Source of the DNA: an uncultured Planctomycetota bacterium
GTDB taxonomy: Bacteria > Planctomycetota > Planctomycetia > Isosphaerales > Isosphaeraceae
DNA length: 64,000 nucleotides
Assembly: GCA_963845755.1 (NCBI GenBank)
Contig: CAWJTV010000036.1
Coordinates: 192,001-256,000 of the forward strand
Direction: 5' to 3'
The translations under genes and the position numbers were made by a program. How positions within the stretch are numbered: the first letter of the stretch is position 1; each line of letters begins with the position of its first letter. Below, piece by piece: positions 56,008 to 64,000 of the stretch. The notes below the pieces were generated by a model that saw only the letters and a program-made list of their open reading frames with translations, was not told the DNA's origin and ran no database searches.

Positions 56008-56901
56008 ATGTTTTCGCTGGTGCGGGGCGGTGGCAGATTCCCCTTGATGGCGCTGGTCCTGGCGTCGGGGATCTGGGTCTTCTCCGGTTCATCGGCCATG
56101 GCCCACGGCGGTGGTGGTGGCGGCGGCGGACATGGAGGTGGTGGCGGGGGCCACATGGGCGGCATGGGCATGGGCGGCATGGGCATGGGTGGCATGGGCA
56201 TGGGTGGCATGGGCATGGGCGGCATGGGCATGGGCCACATGGGCGGCTTCGGCGGCTTTGGCAACCGCGGCTTTGGTGGGTTCGGCGGGATTGGGTTCTT
56301 CCCGGGCTTCTATGGTCTGGGTTACGGCGGTTATGGCCTGGGCTACGGCGGCTATGGCCTGGGTTACGGGCTGGGCTACGGCGGTTATGGCTATGGCTAC
56401 CCCTTCTACGGCGGTTACGGGATGGGCTATGGCTCTCCCTACTACGGCGGTTACGGGATGGGCTATGGCTACCCCTACTCCGGCTACGGCTATGGCGGTT
56501 ACGGAGGCTCTAGTGGGTATGGCTATCCTCTCACGACCGCGGGTTACAACGCTCCGGCCGGTGGCTTCGGCTATTCATCGGCTTACGTGGCTCCCGGCGC
56601 CGGCGCCGTTACCACGGCGTCCCCTCGAGGTCGCTATCTCGGGATCGACGAGGAGCCGACGGTCGACGCGAACGGCGTGCGGGGCATGAAAATTACCAAC
56701 GTCTATCCGGGAACCGCCGCGGAGAAGGCCGGTCTCCAGATAGGCGACGTGATCCACTCCATCAATGGCTACGTCACCGAACAGCGTGGAAACCTGGCCT
56801 GGATCATCGCCAATGCGGCTCCGGCGAACGTCCTCAAGATGAACGTCCGCACCGTCCGTGATGGGAAAGAGTACACCGTCACGGCCCAGATCCCGTCATG
56901 A
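56008..56901 (+). CDS. Secreted Gly/Met/Tyr-rich protein with C-terminal PDZ domain
   Basis: Signal peptide, (GGMGM)n and (GYG)n, RYLGI...VYPGTAAEKAGLQIGDVIHSING. Confidence 0.85.
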   Translation: MFSLVRGGGRFPLMALVLASGIWVFSGSSAMAHGGGGGGGGHGGGGGGHMGGMGMGGMGMGGMGMGGMGMGGMGMGHMGGFGGFGNRGFGGFGGIGFFPGFYGLGYGGYGLGYGGYGLGYGLGYGGYGYGYPFYGGYGMGYGSPYYGGYGMGYGYPYSGYGYGGYGGSSGYGYPLTTAGYNAPAGGFGYSSAYVAPGAGAVTTASPRGRYLGIDEEPTVDANGVRGMKITNVYPGTAAEKAGLQIGDVIHSINGYVTEQRGNLAWIIANAAPANVLKMNVRTVRDGKEYTVTAQIPS

Positions 56902-56932
56902 TCGGGTCTCGGTCCACAGGGGAGCCCCGTCT

Positions 56933-57358
56933 TCAGCCGATCGACCGGTTCGGGTTCCGGCTCGAGGCGGGAATCCCGGTGGGTGCGGTCGAGACGTTGT
57001 CCCGATCGTCTTCATTCACCCATTCGGCGCGGCTCCAGTCCCTCATGAGGAACATCACGGCGAGGACGACCAGGCTGGCGACTGCCAGGAGGCCGCTGGG
57101 CATGAACTTGCGCGTCTTGACCGCATATCGGTAGCCGAACAGCAGGAAGAGAACAATCGAGAGAATCAGCCCCAGAGGGGTCCCCCATCGGCTGTTGCCG
57201 ATCGAGAGGCCCAGGGCCGTGAAGGCAGCGAGTGCGCTGATCGACCCGGCGATCAAGGACGCACGGCTGCCGGCCTTCAGGTATCCGATCAAACCGCCCA
57301 CGGCCAGCAACACCGCATAGATTCCCAGCGTGACCTGTCCCACAATCGGGCTGTTCAT
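56933..57358 (-). CDS. TMEM14-family membrane protein
   Basis: YAVLLAVGGLIGYLKAGSRASLIAG...KTRKFMPSGL. Confidence 0.88.
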   Translation of the reverse strand: MNSPIVGQVTLGIYAVLLAVGGLIGYLKAGSRASLIAGSISALAAFTALGLSIGNSRWGTPLGLILSIVLFLLFGYRYAVKTRKFMPSGLLAVASLVVLAVMFLMRDWSRAEWVNEDDRDNVSTAPTGIPASSRNPNRSIG

Positions 57359-57724
57359 TCGAGGAGCCTCTCGGGATCTTGGGGAGTGAATTCCGTTGTA
57401 AGTTAGGCACCGATTCCCGGGACGTCAACGACCGGGTGCATGGATCACCTGGCGAAAGTCATGCCGGAGACCGAGACGCCCGATCGGCTGGGGTTCGATG
57501 CCCGAACCGACCGTCGTCAAGGCGGCGAGACAACCGGGGAATGGGAGAACGCGGCGAGATCGGCTTTTGCCGCCGGGGCTGTCGCGGTCTCTCAATCCGG
57601 AGGGGTGGTTCCGGTTGAGAGTCCGCGAGTCGCCTCGCCGGCCGGTGCGGGCCGGTCTCGCCGCGTGGGGACCATGAGCGGCAAGGAAGTATCAAACCCC
57701 GGGATTCGACGTCGTGGGGGTCGA

Positions 57725-58230
57725 TCAGGGCTGGGGGTTGCCTCCTTGCGCCGCGTCGGGTGGGGGCACATTGCCCGCTCCACCGGGTGGCGGTACGGCA
57801 CCAGCACCCGGTGCGGCACCGGGTTGCACGGGAACGACACCCCCTGGACCGGGAACGCCCGCCGGACCGGGGACAGGCCCCGGAATGGGAGGCACCGGGA
57901 TCACGCCGCCTCCAAGAGGCACACCGGCGCCGGGGCGCCCATGCCAGATGGGACGGTGCCGACGGGCCCCGGCGGCGGCCCCGGCTCGATCCCCATTGCA
58001 CGCATTCGTGCCCGTTGCGTCGCGGCCTGGGTATTGGCCCAGGGGAAGTCCGGACTGCTCGGGAAGTACTGGACGTCATCGTGCATGTACCGGCCCGAGG
58101 GCAACGTCATGCCGCCGTATTCCACCTGGCAGCCGACCGAGGGCAGGATCACCCCCATGGCCAGCGCCGACCATTGCGCGATGCGCCGCCTCGTGGACCG
58201 TCGCGGCGATCTCTTGCGGGGCAACCCCAT
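57725..58230 (-). CDS. Hypothetical lipoprotein with Pro/Gly tail (frameshifted)
   Basis: SVGCQVEYGGMTLPSGRYMHDDVQYFP, then Pro/Gly-rich tail in ORF 57725..57922. Confidence 0.65.
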
Positions 58231-58869
58231 TGTCTCCACCCTCCTTGGCGTATTCGGCGGCCCCTCGGTTCCGTCCTTCGAGGGAGGACTCACCGCCGTC
58301 GGGGCGTCCATTCCTGGTCCCGCCCGCCCGAGCCCGTCCCACCTGCGGGGTCCGATCCCTCGCGGTCGAGCCGAGCGAGTTGCGCCGACTCCGCTGCCGC
58401 CTGGGGCCATCGACCTTGCGGTGCGGTCGTCGGGTTTCTTACTGGGTTACCAAATCGGTCGGATTCCCCTTCCCGGACCAATGATTCCGTTCATTTTGAA
58501 GAAAACTCCATTGCTCAGCCTGCGGAATGGTCCCGATGGGCCGATTCGCCCGCTTGATCCGGATCGTCGGACGTAGCAGCCCCTCCTCAACACCCGATCC
58601 TCGCTACGCCCGGGATCCGGATGCCCGTGCCACATCCTTCCGATCCCTTGGGGCCGACGAGACTTGCCGGTTTTTCTGCGGGTTTTTACTCTTGTCGATC
58701 TGGCGGAAATGTGTTAGCCTTCCGTTGGGGAACAGCCGTCTACTATTCGATGAGAGCCGATCTGACCTGCGCCACGAAATCCACGTCGATGCGGTGGTCG
58801 GATTCGGGCGTGACGGCATGCGGGCTCGGCGCACGGTGCTGACGAGGGCTTGAGGGGAGGGTCGAGGCG

Positions 58870-59455
58870 ATGGCCGATTTGAACAAGGTGTTTCTGATAG
58901 GTCGAACTGGTCGGCGACCCGGTGTTGCGACGGACACCCAACGGGACGGCGGTGACCGATCTGGGCATAGCCACCACCCGTTCCTGGGCGGGCCCCGACG
59001 GTGATCGTCGCGAGGAGACGCTGTTCATCGATGTAACCGTCTGGGATCGCCAGGCCGAGAACTGTTGCCAGTTCTTGCGGAAAGGGAGGACCGTCCATGT
59101 GGAAGGATTCCTCCGCAAGGATTCCTGGGAAGACAAGACCACGGGCGAGAAGCGGTCGAAGATTCGCCTGATCGCCGAGCGCGTGCAATTTCTCGACTCC
59201 CGGCCGGCCGATTCCGCCGGAGGAATGGGCGGTGGTGCCGGGATGGACGACGACCTCGCACCGTCGCCGCCGCCGGCCCGTGATGCCGGCATGCGCCGGG
59301 GCGGTCCCGCACCGGCCAGAGGACCCGGGGGCGGTTACGGCGAGGTCCGCGGCCCGGCCAACGGACCGGGGCGAGCCCCTTATCCACCGCCCGGCGGTCC
59401 AGGCGGCCCTCCCCCGATGGACGATGAACGAGAAGAAGACGATATCCCGTTCTGA
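58870..59455 (+). CDS. ssb: Single-stranded DNA-binding protein (frameshift near 58905)
   Basis: MADLNKVFLIG...DP.LR.TPNGTAV...FIDVTVW...EGFLR...C-terminal DDIPF. Confidence 0.95.
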
Positions 59456-59873
59456 GCCGCCCTGCGTTCGGCGCGGGCCGAGAACCCGGCCCGTGGCCCC
59501 TGAGTCGGGAGCTCTGTGAGCATCGGAGCGGGCCTGCTCGGAGGATTGGTGCTTGCAGAGCACGCTACAGACCAACGGACGAGACGACTAGCGCACAAAC
59601 GCACCGATTGGTCGAAAGTGGCCCCCCACGTTACTTTAGAGCGAGATTCCCGCGGGCGCATGTGCCGCCACTGCCACCGAACCGATCGAAAACCTCAGTC
59701 ACGAACGGGTTTCCCGGCGTTTACGATCGGTTCCATGAACCCTCGCTCCCGGGATCGGCGAGACTCATCGGTGACGTGCACGAAGGACTCCGGAGCCAGC
59801 GTCCCGAGAGCCACCTTCCTTCCAACCCAACCTGCCGGAGCTGGATTAGAACAGGAACGAAACGAGCGGATCC

Positions 59874-60515
59874 ATGGCCAAGACGACTGACAGCAAAGCC
59901 AAGCCCAAGCGCACAGCGAGCAAGACCAAGACCTCGTCCTCGACGACCGACAGTTCCACGGCGACTCTCAGGGGCCCGTCGGCGGCCCAACCCCGGCAGC
60001 CGGGCGTCGAGCGTCGGCGCAACCATCCCATCCGCGCCAAGCATGGTTACATTCAATTGATCCTGACTCAGGCGATGCCTCATCTCGGTCAGGCCGGCGA
60101 CCTGGTGAAGGTCCGCCCGGGCTTCGCACGCAACTACCTGGTACCGCAGGGTTTGGCGACGTTCGCGACTCAGAATAACCTGCGGATGGTGGATAAGCAC
60201 CGCCAGCGGCTCAAGGAGCTGGAGGAGGCTCGGCGTGCCGACCTGCAAAATCTGGGGGCCCAGATCGCCCAGCGCTCGCTGACCATCGAAGCCAATGCCA
60301 ACGCCGAAGGACACCTTTACGGCTCGGTCAACTCCGAACAGATTTCCGCAGCCCTTCGAACGGAGGGCTTCCCGATCGACCCGGAAAATGTCCGGATCGA
60401 GGGACCTCTCAAGGAGCTGGGGCTCTACACGATCAAGATCCACCTGGCCCAGGACATCGCCAGCGAGGTCAAACTCTGGGTCGTCCCGACCCATACCGAA
60501 GAAGCCGTTGGTTGA
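59874..60515 (+). CDS. rplI: 50S ribosomal protein L9 with N-terminal extension
   Basis: LGQAGDLVKVRPGFARNYLVPQG, HLYGSV, IEGPLKELG. Confidence 0.95.
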   Translation: MAKTTDSKAKPKRTASKTKTSSSTTDSSTATLRGPSAAQPRQPGVERRRNHPIRAKHGYIQLILTQAMPHLGQAGDLVKVRPGFARNYLVPQGLATFATQNNLRMVDKHRQRLKELEEARRADLQNLGAQIAQRSLTIEANANAEGHLYGSVNSEQISAALRTEGFPIDPENVRIEGPLKELGLYTIKIHLAQDIASEVKLWVVPTHTEEAVG

Positions 60516-60964
60516 GATTCGGGCGGAGGGAGGTCGCTGTCGGAGACCACCCCGAGACTTCCCCTGCGCCTCGAGTGGCTCCGCCGAACTCGAGGACGGA
60601 TCCTGGATTCCGCTCTCCAGGTGGCGATTCTCCACGCCGTTCCTGGAATCCCGAATCTGGAATCCGTCCGATCAAGGGCCGTTCGCTCGGCGAAGGGACG
60701 CCACGGAGTATAGAATAGATTGCAGTTGACATCATCGGCTCGCCTTGGTACAAACGTCCAGTAAGAGATGATGCCGACCGGAGCCGGGGCGATTTTGTGG
60801 GGCATCCTGGATTTGTGGAGGATATCTTCCGAAAGGAATCGAGGAGTTCGACCCGGCGACGGTGGGATCGCATCAAGCGGTGGCGTCGAGCCGGCTCGTG
60901 AGGGGATCGCCCCCATGCGAGTCGTGCGCAGAAAAGAGGCGATAGCCACGGAGCTTGACGGACG

Positions 60965-62399
60965 ATGTCGGCGGTCAACAACGGTCCCGGGAATGGCAAG
61001 GGGAACTATAACGGCTCCGGTCGTGTGGCCAAGCCCGACACGACCGCGCTGGGCGATCGGTTGCCGCCGCAGAATCTCGAGGCCGAGATGAGCGTGCTGG
61101 GCAGCATCCTGCTGGACAATGACGTCCTGCATGAAGTCATCCCGATCCTCGGGGTCGGCGATTTCTACCGCGACGCTCATCAGATCATGTATGAGGCGAT
61201 TCGCGAGCTGTACGACCTGGGCAAGGGCGTCGACGCAGTGACCCTGGCCGATGAGCTGATCCGGCGCGATCAGTTCCAGAAGATCGGCGGGGATGAGACG
61301 CTCCATGAGATCGTGGACTTCGTCCCGCACGCGGCCAACGCCAAGTATTACGCCGGGATCGTCCGGGAGAAATCGATCAGCCGGCAATTGATCGACGGCG
61401 CGACCGAGATCATCCGCGAGGGTTATTCCAACCAGTACACCGCGCAGGACCTGCTGGAATCGGCCGAGCGGAAGATCTATGGAATCGCCGAGGACCAGGT
61501 CCAGGGCGAGACGATCGAGGTGAAGGACCTGGTCATCAAGGCGATGGACGAGATCGCCCGGCGAGCCGATTCGGGCGGGCATGTCATCACGGGGGTGGCC
61601 TCGGGCCTGAATGACCTGGACGACATCACCGGCGGGTTCCAGCCCGGTCAGCTCGTCATCCTCGCCGCCCGTCCCAGCATGGGCAAGACCGCGATGGCGC
61701 TGAATGTCTGCGACCATGCCGGCGTCCACCTCAAGGTCCCCGTGCTCTTCGTCAGCCTGGAGATGGGCCACATGGAGATCGCCTTGCGGCTCCTCGGCGC
61801 CGGCGCGAGTGGACGGCTACAAGCTGCGGACCGGCATGAAGATGCAGCTCGAGATGAATAAGCTGGTGAAGGCTTACAATGAGCTGAGGGCCGCTCAGAT
61901 CTTCATCGATGATACACCCGCCCGCAACATGCTCCAGATCACGGCCTCGTCGCGGCGGCTCAAGCTTCGCAAGGAGCTCGGCCTGATCGTGGTCGATTAC
62001 ATCCAACTGGTCGACTCGGAGGACTCGCGCGACAGCCGGCAGGAACAGATCGCCAAGATCAGCCGGCGGCTCAAGACGCTGGCCCGCGAGCTCGAAGTCC
62101 CCGTCATCGCCCTGTCCCAGTTGAACCGCGCCGTCGAGAGCCGCGAGGACCGCCGCCCTCGCATGGCCGATCTTCGCGAATCCGGCGCGATCGAGCAGGA
62201 TGCAGACATCGTATTACTCCTTCATAGACCGGACTATTACGACGCCAACGACCAGCCGGGGATCGCCGAGCTGATCATCGCCAAGAACCGCAACGGGGCG
62301 ACCGATACCATCAAGCTCACCTTCCTCAAGAACCTGACCCGGTTCGAGAACTCCTCCATGGTGGTCGAGCCGATGGATGAAGGGGGAAGCCCGTTCTGA
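60965..62399 (+). CDS. dnaB: Replicative DNA helicase (frameshift near 61800)
   Basis: PPQNLEAE, ILAARPSMGKT, VSLEM, IVVDYIQL, LSQLNR, DLRESGAIEQDAD, IAKNRNG. Confidence 0.97.
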
Positions 62400-62501
62400 A
62401 CGGGTAGACGAGGGGCGTGGAAGGCGGTTTGTGGGGTGCCCTGTGAGCACCGGGGCGCAAGCCCCAGGCCGGACGCGATACCTCGCAGCGTACCCCGCAT
62501 T

Positions 62502-64000
62502 TCACCGCATCGCCTGGGCCTCGGCGAGCATGGCCTTGGCCTCCTGGCGGGTCCCTTCGGCGGCGGAATCGCCGCGGAGCATCAGTGCGAGCTCGGCGAT
62601 GCGTTCGGACTCGTCGAGGGGCGCGATGGTGGTCCGCGACCGGCCGCGTTCGACGTGTTTGCGGATGGCCCACTGGTGGCGGGCGTAGCTGGCCATCTGG
62701 GGCAGGTGCGTCACGCAAATCACCTGGTGATGGCGCCCCAGCACGGCGAGGTTCTTGCCGAGCGCCGAGCCCAGCCGGCCGCCGACGCCGGTGTCGATCT
62801 CGTCGAAGACCAGCGTGGGGACGCGATCGACGGCGGCCAGCACCGTCTTGACGGCGAGCGTCACTCGGGACAGCTCGCCGCCGGAGGCGATCTTGCGCAG
62901 GGGGCGGGCCTCCTCGCCGGGATTGGCGGAGAAGAGCATCTCGACGCGGTCGCTTCCGGAACCGGGCGGCGCAGACGCGGTGGGGTCGTCGCCCAGCTCG
63001 CGCGGGTCGACGGCAACACTCAGCCGCGCGCCGTCGAGGCCCAGCGGCTTGAGCCGCGCCTGGATGGCCTTGGCGAAGTCCTTGGCGATCTTGCGCCGGG
63101 CGGTGGTGAGCGCGGCGGCGGCCTGCTTCAACGCGGCCCAGGCGGCGGCCAGGGGCGGATCCAGGGCGAGCAGATCGGCGTCGTCGCGGTCGAGCGCGGC
63201 GAGCTGGGCCTCGGTCGCGGCACGGCGGTCGACCAGCTCGTCGGGCGTGCAGCGGAACCGCGCGGCCAGCCGCCGATAGAGGGCCAGCCGGGCCTCGATG
63301 TCCTCGAGCCGCGCCGGGTCGTCGTCACAGCTCTGGCCCAGGTCGCGGAGGCTGAAGGCGACCTCGCGGGTCTCTTCGGCCAGCCGTTCGAGGGCCGAGG
63401 TGGCCTCGGCCAGCTCGGGCACGGCACGCGCGAGGGGGTCCAGCGAGCGCGCGACGCGCTTGAGAAGCCCTTGCGCCGAGCGGTCGGCCTCGTAGAGCAG
63501 CGCATAGCCTTCCGCGGCCGCGGTGCGGAGCTGGTCGGTGTGGGCCAGCCGCTGGGCCTCGCGCGCCAGCTCCTCGGACTCGCCCTTCCGCGGATCGGCG
63601 GCGGCCAGCTCGTCGCGCTCGAATTCCAGCAAGGCCCGTTCGCGCCGCCGCGCCGCGGCCGAGTCGATCAGCTCCTGACGCTTGCGGCGCAGCGTCTCGT
63701 GGGCCTGGCGCGCCGACCGATAGGTCTCGAGCCGGTCGCTCAGCCCGCCGTAGGCGTCCAGCAGCTCTCGCTGCCGGTCCGGGTCCATCAGGGCGCGGCC
63801 CTCGTGCTGGCCGTGGATGTCCACCAGGCGCTCGCCCAGCTTTTGCAGCGTGGCGATCGTCACCGGGAGGGCGTTGACCGTCGCGCCTCCGCGCCCTGCG
63901 CCGAGATCCGACGGGTCACGATCAGCGAGTCCTCATCGAGCACGCCGTCGCCGCCCAGGATCGCCTCGACCTCCGCCCGGAGCCCGGGATCGGCGATCTC
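62502..64000 (-). CDS. recN: DNA repair protein RecN (5' end outside window)
   Basis: LVDIHGQHE, FSANPGE, IASGGELSR, VFDEIDTGVGG, VTHLPQMA. Confidence 0.96.

Noticed and set aside
60595..60670. GGATTCC/GGAATCC heptamer inverted units after rplI (similar units at about 35740-35790)
   Set aside because: Short intergenic heptamer repeats, possibly terminator-like, but too degenerate to call a feature.
61790..61860. Programmed frameshift or intein in dnaB
   Set aside because: No intein-sized insertion or slippery motif; consistent with the window-wide indel errors.

Overview
GC-rich bacterial chromosome segment, most likely a planctomycete (Isosphaeraceae-like). This is inferred from the TPR-extended Ser/Thr kinase, an ECF sigma factor with a long C-terminal extension, Tat-exported Gfo/Idh/MocA and TIM-barrel proteins, and planctomycete-type REP and heptamer repeats. 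Single-base frameshifts are pervasive, including in essential genes (dnaB, ssb), so the sequence looks like an unpolished long-read assembly and most split ORFs are probably intact genes. The right end is housekeeping (ssb-rplI-dnaB, recN). The rest alternates metabolic/signalling genes with lower-GC accessory islets. The standout locus is a complete minus-strand retron operon (15019-22636): WGR+HEAT/ARM protein, SWIM zinc-finger protein, an msr/msd ncRNA readable directly from the sequence (16-bp perfect a1/a2 arms, long msd hairpin), a second unexplained structured element, and a Mx162-like RT. A four-layer nest of repeats and MITEs sits between the SWIM gene and the ncRNA. Other defence/conflict candidates: an AbiE TA pair with a giant XRE-fused protein, a three-gene cassette ending in a PIN-like gene, a WD40-Roc-COR-TIR/SEFIR protein, a gene pair with a prohead-protease-like Zn domain, and an orphan toxin-immunity pair. 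Three accessory islets are each bracketed by a diverged duplicate of the end of the neighbouring gene, with no integrase nearby. No rRNA, tRNA or CRISPR array was recognised. All family assignments are from motif recognition, not database searches.
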